This document shows positions 51,790 through 64,000 of a DNA stretch of 64,000 bases, piece after piece. The stretch lies in the NCBI GenBank assembly GCA_030141605.1, contig JAQGDQ010000499.1:62001-126000 (forward strand), read 5' to 3'. How positions within the stretch are numbered: position 1 is the stretch's first letter; every line of letters starts with the position of its first letter. The translations under genes and the position numbers were made by a program. The notes under the pieces are model-generated. The model worked only from the letters and a program-made list of their open reading frames with translations. It did no database searches and was not told where the DNA came from. This DNA comes from Tubiluchus corallicola (lineage: Eukaryota > Animalia > Priapulida).

Positions 51790-54369
51790 TATGTATATGT
51801 ATATAATAGTAAGGTGCAACATAGCGTCTATTGCAATTAAGGTACCAAATAAGTACCTATAATGTTACCTTGCATTTCTTCAACTTTGCTTGTTTGTCAC
51901 AATAATTGTTTCTACGAATACGAACAAGACCTGATCGGATAACTGAGGGAACACTGTATGGCAAAACTAAAAACTGCATTGAAAGTCCTTTAATGAACAA
52001 AGAGAACATGTAACCGCCTGTTAGTTACGCCACAATATTCCCATAGAAGAAAAAAATGTTAGACTCTAACATATGAGAGAAAAGCACATTGTTTGTATAT
52101 TTTTAAATCTATTAACCAAACAAATATAGCAGGTATACTTTACCTGATTTTTTGCTTCAAAATAATATTTTCAAACCCGAAGTTCTGCTAAGCAGGTTCC
52201 TCTTTCTTGAAATTTTAGTACAGAAACGTTTTGCAATGGTACTACGTGGCACAACTTACTGTGACATTTAGTTAAACTAATGTAACATTTGACAGGTACC
52301 TACCGTTTCAACAATGAAGTAATTAGCTAGCGAGTTTTCAACTTTCTAGAAGCTACTATGGTACGTGTTACTTAGGAATGCTGTCCAACCAGAGCTAACA
52401 GCAACACACGAGGCATTAACTTCCTAGAGTGTAAAATTATTGTCACTACTCGAGGCGTTTTTAATCAATGAGATGCCCTCTGGCGAAATGTCGTAATGCA
52501 GGAAGTGAATACAAGCACGGGGTCAACTTTCCACAACAATAAATCAAACACACAATGCCTACTTTAAAATCAAAGCAATGTTTCTAAATGGATAAAATTT
52601 GTTCAAGAACGTCAAAGTCTAATAAAAGATTTGATTTCAGTTGCACTGATTTTGACGTTATCAGAAATCAACCACACTGCGACGGCATTTGGTTCGGGGC
52701 AAAATTAGAGAAAGAAGGAATTACAGTATTTAAAGTTTCATGTCATGAAGAAGTCACTATGCTTTTTGATGTTTCTTTTAATAAGGAAAACTTTCTTTTT
52801 CTTTTCAGATGTCAAACTCTGAGCAAAAGACATAAGACAAACAATATTAAAAACATTTTTTAAAACTACACATGTTCTTTAGAATATATTTCATGGGATA
52901 GCTAACATGGTATCAAAAAAGTTGAGTGAACTAGAGTTTTACTACTAATAGCTGTCAATAATTGAGTGCTTGCAATCCAAAACCGTCCATAAGTCGGCAT
53001 GGTTAAAACTACGTTATGATGCTTCAAAGTAGAATGACACAAAAATTTAGTCTAATGTTAATTATTCGTCTTCTATAAAAACAAATGCTAAATATATTGC
53101 ACTTTTATATTCTAGCATCACATTATCAAAAAAAATATCCAAAAAATAAAAAAAAATAATTTTATAACCATGTGCCCATTTTTCTGCCTGGAAGCTAGTA
53201 CTGCAATTGTAAAAAAAACTTCAGTGAGAACAACAGAAGTATGTAATCTGCTCTTACTGAATTTTTCTAGGGTCATGAAGTTTTTAGTTATTACAAAATT
53301 CAACCACATTCATGCTTCTCTTTTACCATGGGACTAAGTCGCATTATACTGATTATGTAAACCACCACCAGCAGCCAAACTATTCAAATTTTTAGCGATA
53401 AAGCAAATATGAAAGCAAAACCATCTGAACAGTAAGCCTACGCAATTTTCCACAATTTGGTAACTGACTGAAGACAATTTTTGACGACTTCAAATTTAAA
53501 ATTTAATTTTTTTCAACACCAAGGCTAACACCATTTTTTTGGTATTACCACCTAAACTAAGTATAAATTTGTAGTAAAAATGTTGTGAATTTTTTAACAT
53601 TTGGTGGAGACGACAGATGTGACTTGTTTTCGCAAGGTCTGCCATAACTTCTCCAAGGCACAGCTATAATTTTGTCAATTAATTTTTATGTGGCAATTCG
53701 AAGTTTCGTCAACAACTGTTTCCACACTAGTTAAGAATCTAAACATGAATTTATTGTACGAATGGACAGAAATTTGTCAAATATGGCCAACGTATACAAT
53801 TTGTAAAAAGCAGGATATGGGGAGACAACTCGACCTCAAGAGTAAACAGTAAACGTGTACATATTTTAAAGATGTTTTGCTGAATATTCTACAGAATTGT
53901 GTTGCAAGAATAATTGTCTGCTGCCAGTTGTCTTCCATTTTGCCAGGCATTAGGTATACGCCTTAAAATCTATGCTAGAACGGAGGAAAGTGTATCAGAA
54001 GATCAGATTAAGATAGACAGACCAAGTAAGACAGTTACTGTGTTAATACAGTAAAAAGCACAAGTTCAGAAACTTGAGTAACGAGTATAATATTACAACT
54101 AAACATTATTAGCACTTTCATCAAATTATTATGACTTTATTGCGCATTCAATTAAATTTTGAAACGCCTTACCAAAAATAAATTAAACACAGTAAACACT
54201 GACTAAACTAAACGGGAAAATAATAAACACAAGTAAAATACACGTCAGCACCACACTGCGAGCAAGAAGCGCGAACTTTTTTTACCACCTTAGAGTACTT
54301 TGGTCGGGCGTAATTTATAAATGATACAGTAATTTCATTACATAGTTTATGATTATAATTTTTACGAAC

Positions 54370-54405
<36 letters not shown>

Positions 54406-55536
54406 TAAAATTCTTTGATCCTGCTAATAAGCCTGCGAGACGAGTCACAGTGCATGCCAGAATTTCGATTAGTGCATCATCGGTTTATAGTAACAGGAAG
54501 CTGAGGCATTGATGCAAAATTGTAAGCACCTGCAAACATCCGCTGTAAAATTATTTCTATTTTTTCCACTTGTTATTTTATTTTACCCCAACATAGTTAA
54601 TGTGGCTGGTAAACTCTGTCTTTATCCAATATGCTAAAATGCACTGAGCTAAGTTAAGAAAAGTTAAACAATTGGTAGGAAATTGTTTCCTTTTGTTAAA
54701 GAAGTGACTGTGTGTCATACACATTACACGACAGATAATTAAAATATATTGAACGAGGGACTCGCTTAATTTGGACTCGCTTAACATGTAAGTCCATTAT
54801 CAGAGAAAGTGGTTGGTTTTTTTCTACCACTTAACTTATTGTGACAGCTGTAGGATTAGATAAATAGAAATTATAATTGTATTTGGTCCTCGCCGAGATG
54901 AGAAATACTGTTTCTAATAGGACAATAAGGAAAAATACCGAGTAAGTGCCCAGAACAGCACGTAATACCACAGATAGGAAAGGTTCTATTCAAATCATTT
55001 TATTTCAGCTCACGGGTGATACAAAAGACTCGGGGTGGTAAATCATACGCATTCTCATAACTGCTGGACTTTGTCTTGATGACGTCAAATTTAAATGGCG
55101 GAGTTTTTGAACACGGCTTGTAAACGCATGTAACGCACTAACACATGTACCGCAGTTGCACCACTCGGTATTTTTAAAAGTTCTGCGAAAGTTTCTTTAT
55201 TTTGCTGCTTGATTTGCCTGACTTCTGATATACCAGATCTAAAACACCTGTTGATATGAGAAAATGTACTTTATGTAAGAATGGGAGCACGAAAGAAGAG
55301 TAATCAGTACAATGTTTACTGTCAAGAAAGGACTGCTTCTTAAATTAAATATCAGATATCTTGCCAGAATTTTCACCCATGTGTGATGTTAATAAATTCA
55401 TACTTTTAAACAAAAGTGGAGATACGGAAGTTGAGAAATATTTTTGATTAACTATGTGTATAAAATTTCATAAATACGTGATTCTAAATTAAGAGGTGCG
55501 AATTAATTTTGCTAAGAATCAAGGTATTCATTCAGC

Positions 55537-55692
<156 letters not shown>

Positions 55693-55734
55693 AGACAATG
55701 CTAAAAAAAACACACAGACAGGCGCCTCACATAT

Positions 55735-55958
55735 GGGTTAGATGGCCGAGTGGTTTAGATTTCGGACTGCAACCATGCAGTCTTGAGTTCGATACCAGCT
55801 GCTGCCAACGCCAGGAGATATACTCTACATGTTATCTGCTATTTGTGTGTTGCGTCATTACCTGAATTGTTGTAATTGTAAATAACAGTTAGTGCTGATG
55901 TTGTGTGATAAATAAACGACGGTAAATAAATCTTGTCCTATCTTGTCCTTGTCCTTGT
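55735..55958 (+). mobile_element. tRNA-derived SINE (Cys-like anticodon GCA)
   Basis: A-box TGGCCGAGTGG, B-box GAGTTCGATACC, loop CTGCAAC, poorly pairing acceptor stem, then a body and a (CTTGTC)n tail. Confidence 0.65.
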
Positions 55959-56161
55959 GGTTTATATGCTTTTTAGAAACACCAAATAGGAATAAATATT
56001 TCAAAACTGTTCTAACTTGTTCAATGTTATAAGTGTCAATGTGATAAATCCATTTTGACTGGTAACCAGTTTGTTAGAAAACGTATCAGTACCAAACATC
56101 ATAAATACAAGAATAAACACCATTATCATATAAATTAAACGAAAGCATTCATAAGGAAAAG

Positions 56162-57388
56162 TTAACCCATTCTTTCACGAATTCCTCGGATTAAAAAATC
56201 CACTACCAACACACACTGATCTAAGTCACGCACTGACAGTTTTTCTTTTGGCGTGCCTGGATTACTCCGAAGATATTCAAGTTTTTTCAACACTGAGTTC
56301 TTTGTATCATCTATGTCAAGTTTCATAAACATGTCGAAGATTTGCATGTATAACCAGCGACAAGCAAAATGATTGCCAGCATAGTCTGTTAAATGATACA
56401 CTGGTTTCCTATGAAAAGCGGCCCCTGCTCCATGGAAAATGCCAATTCCGTGAGTCTTAACGTCCTCACAAAAACCTAGCGTCACATACGTCCAGATAAG
56501 ATTCCATCCACCTGGAAGAAAGTACAATTTCTCGGGGTTTTCTTCAAAGTACACAGCACAGCTATTTTGATCAACTAAGCAGAAGCGAAACGTTTTTCCT
56601 TTACCACAGTCACTCTTGTACGTTTTTACGATTTTCATTATTTCGTCTTGCCAATTGGAACTGCGAATTTTCTTCAAATCCATCAAAACTACACCAGTGT
56701 TCACACCCATCCGCCATTCTTTAATCAGCGATGGTGGATCAGTTGTGACATTAAGCGTTTTAGCTGTCTGAAGCTGTTTGGACCTGTTAAGCAAATAATT
56801 CCAATGGTTGCCTGGAAAGTCGAAAGCAAGAGCCATCATTTGGTCGTTTGTCATGTTCTCAAAATGAAGCCAAAGATCTTCGAGTGGCTTGGTAAAAATT
56901 ACATCCGTGTCTAGCTTGAGAACTTGGCTGACGTTTGGCAAGATTTCGTGCAGAAACATCCAGGCTGTGCTTCCAAACTTCCCCCTAGAGAGCCAATTCT
57001 CTCCTGTCGGATACCACGGTTTGTGGAAGGTCACATCAAAGGATCTCACTTTTTTCCAGAATTCAAATATTGAAGACAATTTCTCCCGCATATAAACGTT
57101 ATCAACGATGACGTGAACATGAATAAACCTTGATGTCATCATGAGGGCAGATTTCAAAAGCACTTCCGCTTCTAGGATTAATTTCTGCTTCTTTCCACAC
57201 GCGGTAAAGGCAACATGGATTGTTGTGTTCTTTTGCTGAACTGAACTCAAGGTTTCACCTTTTGCAGAATTCACTGTTAGATATATTTTAGTGTGAAACA
57301 CGTAAGTGAGAGAAAAAAGAACACCAAGCAAAAACGCAATAATTCCCACATAACGGTAATTTCTCGATCTAATTGCGTTTTTGAACAT
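56162..57388 (-). CDS. GT8 glycosyltransferase, glucoside xylosyltransferase (GXYLT/shams)-like type II membrane protein; single-exon ORF, 408 aa
   Basis: N-terminal TM anchor (YVGIIAFLLGVLFSLTYVF), IHVAFTACG, LLKSALM, DxD motif LKLDTDVIF, GVNTGVVLMDLKKIR, DQN, LPGGWN, IFHG. Confidence 0.85.
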   Translation of the reverse strand: MFKNAIRSRNYRYVGIIAFLLGVLFSLTYVFHTKIYLTVNSAKGETLSSVQQKNTTIHVAFTACGKKQKLILEAEVLLKSALMMTSRFIHVHVIVDNVYMREKLSSIFEFWKKVRSFDVTFHKPWYPTGENWLSRGKFGSTAWMFLHEILPNVSQVLKLDTDVIFTKPLEDLWLHFENMTNDQMMALAFDFPGNHWNYLLNRSKQLQTAKTLNVTTDPPSLIKEWRMGVNTGVVLMDLKKIRSSNWQDEIMKIVKTYKSDCGKGKTFRFCLVDQNSCAVYFEENPEKLYFLPGGWNLIWTYVTLGFCEDVKTHGIGIFHGAGAAFHRKPVYHLTDYAGNHFACRWLYMQIFDMFMKLDIDDTKNSVLKKLEYLRSNPGTPKEKLSVRDLDQCVLVVDFLIRGIRERMG

Positions 57389-59199
57389 TTTGTATTATGG
57401 CTTCCGTGCGAGCAGTGGTATTTACTAAGTTGCGATGAAAAGCACACAGGACATTGTCCACAAAGTTATCTTCGCCACGCTACTAGGCCCATTGTGGTTT
57501 TCACTCGCGTCTGTGACCATATCATAAATCAGATAAGAATAAAATAAGTTCAGCTGTTTTCCTATTCAGTCTTTGAACGAGTTATGCTCACATATAGATA
57601 CAAACTTTGCCTAGTGACTTGTACAGCAACTTCACAGAGCAGCGAACATTGTTCTGCCCCAAGGCAGCGCTCGCATACTGTATTCTTGACTAATTCTTTC
57701 CTGCTGCTACAATCTGAGTAAATCTGCGTAGAGGTGGTCAGGCTATAATTTTTGCATGCAGGTTAACTTTGAATCATTTATACCTGCTAACTTGGGTTTC
57801 AATCTGTAGTTATAAATTTCATCGTCATAGCATTATATCCACATATATGGAATCAACGTAATGTTACTGCATTGTGCCTGCGTTATTAATTATAATGATG
57901 ATCTGTGCTGTACAAGTATTTATTTAATTTAATTAAGTAACATATTTTATTCACAGCTGAACGTTTTAATCACTAACTTATGGACGTAAGCGTTGTGCAT
58001 TTCTTCCTATAAAAATCAAACCAGACTGTATATTCCTACTAATTCACATAGTACAACTTGTGTTTTACCATTTCTGCCAAAAGTGTTCTACTGTCCACGA
58101 ATGACAGCTCCGTATAGTATGTATTCTTGTCAATCTCGTACTCCGCTCGTACCTTTCTGAGCATTTATGAAGCAGTTCTAAAGGTAAGTGCTAAGACACT
58201 GATAAATCAAGTAGAATACAGATGAGTCTCGTTTTATATCACATAAACTTTGTTTTCTGAATCAGTTGTGATACCATACCTTGCTCTCTCTCTTTCTCTC
58301 TGTCAAGTCTCATGCTTATAATGTGATCTGTAAAAACCAACTGCCCAGGTAAAGTTTTCCATGAAGTAAAAGGAAGCCAGCAATTCAATGAAGGTAAATG
58401 TTATGCATACTAGTTCAAGGATGAAAGTTTGGACTGTATGCAGAGAAATAAACTTATTTTAATGCTGAAATTTCTTGTCTGTGATTTTAATTTAATATTT
58501 TAACAAAAGAATGTAATAATATGGCTATTGATAATAATTGCAAATTAATAAAAATAAAATCAAGAAATCATGAGCTGCATTGTGGAATTTTTTATTTAAT
58601 TTTTTTCGTTTTATTTGTCGGAAAGTTGCCTTCGGCTAATGTTATCTTTGAAATATATCGACAATAAATAAGATTTTACTAATACGCATAGCAATACACA
58701 ACTGCAGCTAACGTCCAGAAAGAACGGCGACACGCATGTTTTGGATGTGTGTGAAAAATCTCGCACGCCGATTGGGCAGTCAGCAGAGTTTGAGCGAGCA
58801 CGATGTTCTGACGTCAGCTAGCGTGGCAAAGTAATTTTTGTGTGACACTGCGTCGCTAATTGACAAGGTAACAACAATTCATTTCAATTTACATTTATCT
58901 GCACAAATGCAGCGAGGTATCATGAGAAAAACAGGAGTTATTATAAGCATAGAAAAATATAGGAAAATAATATAGGCACCGTCTAGCTACCAAATAAAAA
59001 AACTGGTTAAATCAGAAATATTAAGAACTAATAGAAACTTAAACACGTTTTATTACTAATCGTGTAAATAATCTGGCTGATAACATTTGTTTTCCATGAA
59101 ACACTTACGTAAAGTATATTAGAAATAAAATGATGTTGTTCATAATAATAAGAAGTAATAAAATTACGTAATCAAAAGAGTTATACATGATCACAGCGC

Positions 59200-59390
<191 letters not shown>

Positions 59391-59600
59391 ACATATCTAC
59401 CGGCTTGTCACTGTTGAAAAACGGATGAGCTGACAATTCAATTACCGTCCCTATATTTATATCTCTATGCGTACGCCAGTTTCCAACAACAGTTAAGTGA
59501 TTGTAACACTAATGCTGCCACCTACTGACAGAATAAATGAATAACTCCCGACCCAGTTTATGTTGAAATATTCTCACAATTGTTCGGGGTGTGCTGGTCA

Positions 59601-60272
59601 AGGACAAGAAAAGTGGTACCTGAAGTAGGTTTCAGGAAAAAAGCCTTAAAAATTATATTACTTTATAGCAATTTTATGCGTATATCGTACTCGCGTTGAA
59701 AGGAATTTTTGTTTGTTTTCATTTTAACAATACTGTTCCGAAGTTGTCATTACATGACGTCACTATGCAAACGTAACTTAGGGGAAGAAAAGGCAATGTT
59801 AGATTATGTCCCAAAACAATTTCTATGTAAATCTATATTACTTAGCATTTCGCTTACCTGCTGGAAAAATTTATGTAACTAGGAAAAGAGATTTTTAATA
59901 ATCTAAAATGTTTTCACCAATTGGTGAAATGTGGCTGACTCACCCTCCAGGGTGCGCCACTCACTAACCAAAAACGTATTTTTAATCTTATTGACAAGAC
60001 ACAGTAATTTTAAATTCTATTTAGTTAGTGACATGCGTGCTACGAATGCTCTGATTATTTTTTAAGTTTACACAATGTTATCTAAACTTGTTTCAAACAA
60101 CCTTTCATCAAAATGGCTGCGTTTTTCGGTCATGGCGGGAGTTTAAATTTACATGTTTTATACAGCATGACTGCTGATTGAAGTCCTGCATGCAAAAAGG
60201 TAGTATGTAAGTGGTATAAAATTTCAAGACGAATTTTTTAAACTTTATGTTTGTGAAGGGTTTTCTTGTGCT
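59601..60272. mobile_element. Kolobok-like family A, long copy
   Basis: AGGACAAGAAAA...TTTTCTTGTGCT|TTAA; a further partial copy lies at ~63330-63830. Confidence 0.7.
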
Positions 60273-60427
60273 TTAACAATCTTTGCTTGACATCCTAGAT
60301 AAGTTTTATTGCATCGGACACGACAAAGACAAGAGTGAAAAAACAACCTCGCTACAAATGGCTACAGAATTTGGACAGACCACACACGCGCACGCACACA
60401 CGCAATCACGCACGCACGCGCGCGCGC

Positions 60428-60464
<37 letters not shown>

Positions 60465-60610
60465 GATAGCTACCATTTCTAGCATCGCAAACGGGTAAAA
60501 AAGCTAGACAACATTAGTGGACTTTTTACACGCATATCACTCGCTACAAATGATTAGAAATGGAGGATTTTCTTGTGTTTTAAATGTGTTAACCTAGCAG
60601 ATATCAATCG

Positions 60611-60705
60611 TCAACCAATCAGTATCCTCTTCCACAAAAATCAACCAATCAGCTTTAGCTAGATGATGACGTGCGCTGGAAAACCCCAATCATCTATATA
60701 ACATT
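60611..60705 (+). promoter_or_regulatory. Putative Pol II promoter: CCAAT boxes, CRE-like site and TATA-like box
   Basis: TCAACCAATCAG twice (60611 and 60641), TGACGT (~60667), CCAAT (~60686), CTATATAA (~60694); candidate donor GAG|GTAACT at ~60822. Confidence 0.45.
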
Positions 60706-61084
60706 GGGTACACAGGTAGAAAGCGCGATTCCCCACACTCAGGTAGTATAAACATAGCTTACATAGCTCAAATAACCTTATTTACCAAACCGATCATATC
60801 GTATATTACTCGCGTTACTGAGGTAACTTTCTATTTTTATCTCCAAGCTATTTGCATAATCGTAGCTACACAAGAGTCACAGTAGGAAAAAGCCCAGTAT
60901 GAATATTGTAGTAGAATAATCAGGTTTAGAAAAGAAGTGTTTCAGCGCATCCTCTTGTCAGTTACAAAACGACTTCAACTGCAAAACACAGTAGAGATAA
61001 ATATTGAAATTTTTTGTGGCATAACTATTTAGGCTTCTAGTGAAATCGAATTGCGCTGTTGCAAAATGAAGGTGAAGGTGAGTT

Positions 61085-61321
61085 TTGTTGTTGTCGTCGT
61101 TGTTGTTGTTGTTGTTGTTGCTGCTGCTGCTGCTGCTGTTGTTGTTGTTGTTGTTGTTGTTGCTGCTGCTGCTGCTGTTGTTGTTGTTGTTGTTGTTGCT
61201 GCTGCAGCTGTTGCTGATGATGATGATGCTGTTATTTGCTGTTGTTGTTGTTGTTGCTTCTGTTGCGCCTGCTGTTGTTATCGTTGTTGCTGCTGCTGTT
61301 GCTGATGATGATGTTATTTGC

Positions 61322-61367
<46 letters not shown>

Positions 61368-61630
61368 GCTGCTGCTGCTGTTGCTGATGATGATGATGCT
61401 GTTATTTGCTGTTTTTGTTGTTTTTGTTGTTGTTGTTGTTGTTGCTGTTGCTGTTATTTGCTGTTGTTGTTGTTGTTGTTGTTGTTGCTCCTGCTGTTGT
61501 TGTTGTTGTTGTTGTCGCTCGTGCTGTTGCTGTTGCTGTTGTTGCTGTTGTTGTTGCTGCTGTTGCTGTTGCTGCTGCTGCTTTTTCTTCTTCTTCTTCT
61601 TCTTCTTTTTCTTCTTCTTCTGCTGCTGTG
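61085..61630. repeat. (GTT/GCT)n compound trinucleotide repeat
   Basis: Directly visible. Confidence 0.97.
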
Positions 61631-62158
61631 GTTTTTGTCCATGTTGTTTTTTATGTTTATGATGATGTCGGCATAATCACGTTTGTTACAGTTGCTCTTA
61701 CTATTCAATTTGAAGAACCACGAAATTTGGACAACAGCGAACCTGACGTAGTCACTCGCGAAATCTTATAACTTTTTCTGTGCAAACTACGTCGTAGTGG
61801 TATTTGATAAGTTATCAAGATTATTATTAATTATTACTAGTAAGTAATAGTAGGAGGAATAGTAAACATTCGTGTACGGTGAATGCAAATGCAATTACCT
61901 AGATTGCTCTCTTGCTCTCAGCTTCCTGCTCAGATTCTTTCAGATGCTATATGGAAAATCGAGTGTTTGTTTTGGGTTATTATTGACTGACATACTTCTC
62001 GCAATGACGTCATGTTTTTGTGTGAATCAGGAATCATATGTGACGCTAGGTGGCGAATTTCAGGCCTCTAATTAACAGTCTTTCTACAGGTGTCCAAGTT
62101 TGAAAACCAAACTACAGCCAAATATGGTTGTTACGCAATATCGACGCTTTGGCCAAAT

Positions 62159-63308
62159 ATGGAAACTTTAGTAAAACAGGTAAGTATGTTTGCATGTTTG
62201 AACTTTTTAATGTTAACTATAAATATGTCGGTCGTTTTTGTTGTTAGTCATAGTATGCATGAGACTAAATGATATTCGGCAGGTCAATAAATGTATGAAT
62301 AAATAGAAAATGTTGATGATGACGTCCTTAAAATTGCTGATACTTTAAAATTCACGTATAAACTCATAATTATTGTCAACCATTAGGATTATTCATTTAT
62401 GGTGTTATTTTTAGATGTATTGTTTGTCTGTAAAATTTATGATGATGCTAAACCAACCAATTATATTTATTGTCTTTGTATATTTCGTCGTATTGTATTG
62501 TGTTGCGTTGCGTTGCCTTGCATTGTATTGTTTTGTCTTGTGTTGCATTACATTGTATCGTATTGTGTTGTATTGTATTGCTTTCCATCGCATCGCATCG
62601 CATCGTATCGTATCGTGTTGTGTTGTCTTGTATTGTATTTTGTTGTATTGTATTGCATTGCATTGTATTGTATTGTATTGTATTGTATTGTATTGTATTG
62701 TATTGTATTGTATTGTATTGTATTGTATTGTATTGTATTGTATTGTATTGTATTGTATTGTATTGCATTGTATTGTATTGTATTGTATTGTATTGTATTG
62801 TGTTGTATTGTATTGTATTGTATTGTATTGTATTGTATTGTATGGCGTCGTGTCGTGTCGTCTTGTATTGTATTGCATTGCATTGCGTTGCGTTGCGTTG
62901 CGTTGCATTGCATTGCATTGTATTGTATTGTTTTGCATTGTGTTGTATTGTGTTATTGTGTTGTGTTGTGTTGGTTGTGTTTTGTTGAATTGCTTTTTAT
63001 TGCTTTGATTGCATTGTATTGTGTTTTATTTTGTTATATAATCTGTATTAATGTAAGTGTTGCATCGAGTTTGTTAAGATTTTTTAACTTTTTTCAAGAA
63101 AGATTACAAAACTTTGATATTCTGTGCACATTTTTAGCAAACAACAATACAAATTACATTTTATATCAATTGTTATTTTAGGACAATACTTCACAGGAGA
63201 TGTTTCTCACTTGCGATGCTGAGGAACTCCTTGCTGCTCTGATTCGATATGGAGACGATGAGTTTGCAGACAATCAAGAGTTGGAGGAGGAAAGTTCCAC
63301 AGTTTCCT
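62159..63308 (+). CDS. Putative first coding exons of an unidentified gene with an acidic N-terminus (continues past the right edge)
   Basis: Exon 62090-62179 (TTTCTACAG|...CAG|GTAAGT, ATG at 62159) splices in phase 0 to exon 63182-63308 (TTTTAG|...|GTAAGT), giving METLVKQDNTSQEMFLTCDAEELLAALIRYGDDEFADNQELEEESSTVS. Confidence 0.5.
62490..63020. repeat. (TATTG)n pentanucleotide microsatellite
   Basis: Directly visible; it explains the CIVLY/YNTIQ ORFs. Confidence 0.97.
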
Positions 63309-64000
63309 GTAAGTTGTGAAATTAGCGATCTACGCTTACCTGCCTGAAAAACTTATGTAATTGGAAAAGAAAATTCTTAATAATTTAAAATGCTCGCGCT
63401 AACTGGTAAAATGTCGCTGACTCGCCTTCCCAATGTGCACCACTGATTCACCAAAAACGTAATCTTATTGATCAGATGCAGTAATTTATATTTTTGCTTA
63501 GTTAGGGAAATGTGCGTTACGAATGCTCTGATTATTTATTTCAAATTTTACGCAATATTATCTAAACTTATTTCAAACAATTTATCGTCAAAATGGCTGC
63601 ATCTAACTTTCATCGCGGGAGTTTAAATGTACATGTTTTACACATAGTTACTGCCGATGCAAGTCCTGCATGCAAAAAGGCAGTATGTAAGTGGTATCTT
63701 TACCATTGTACCTAGTGATCATCGCAGGAGTTTAAATTTTCAAGTTTTATAAGGCGTTACTGCTAATAAGCCCTATGTGCAATAAGACAGCATATAAATG
63801 ATATAAAATTTCAAGACGAGTTGTTTATGTTTTATTTGTGCAGAACTACAGCAGCTTTCAGGAGCTTTAAGTAATTAAACCCCTGATTTAATCCGTTCCT
63901 GTACTGACCGCAACATTCATAATGCTAGACAATTGTTCAGCAACAAGCAGTTCAAAAATGTATCACTTCTGTCACTATCGTCGTTGCCATTGTCGCCATT

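Noticed and set aside
55735-55806. Functional tRNA-Cys gene
   Set aside because: Acceptor and anticodon stems pair poorly, and it continues into a SINE-like body and tail. A similar B-box-only remnant lies on the minus strand near 28600.
61051-63181. Poly-L/V/C and CIVLY/YNTIQ ORFs (likewise 4089-4682, 8604-9074, 55496-55741 and 59105-59436)
   Set aside because: Translations of micro- and minisatellites.
63182-63230. SQEMF resembling the p53 SQETF transactivation motif
   Set aside because: The required FxxLW pattern is missing; the match is too short to support.

Overview
AT-rich, intron-containing metazoan (probably invertebrate) genomic DNA, dense in microsatellites, minisatellites and non-autonomous transposons. 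Minus-strand genes assembled by hand from splice sites: a divergent cadherin-repeat gene (runs off the left edge), the last two coding exons of glutathione reductase (5' exons not found in the window), a two-exon MADF/BESS-like gene, a complete 8-exon calumenin (329 aa, HDEF, one GC-AG intron) and an intronless GT8 glucoside-xylosyltransferase-like gene. An unidentified plus-strand gene appears to start near the right edge. The most unusual feature is a ~1.7 kb non-coding region (23790-25520) with no recognisable transposon. It holds about nine irregularly spaced copies of a covarying hairpin module (TCAGAC-A-TGCN-loop-NGCA-GAG-GTCTGA, usually preceded by a second hairpin) separated by unique spacers, and is a candidate modular structured RNA. 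Also notable: a ~630 bp inverted duplication at the point where GSR is cut off, a 5S rRNA/RTE-derived SINE with a headless sibling, and a 2.4 kb 90-bp satellite built from a MITE terminus just upstream of calumenin. All coordinates were read by eye and no database searches were run.
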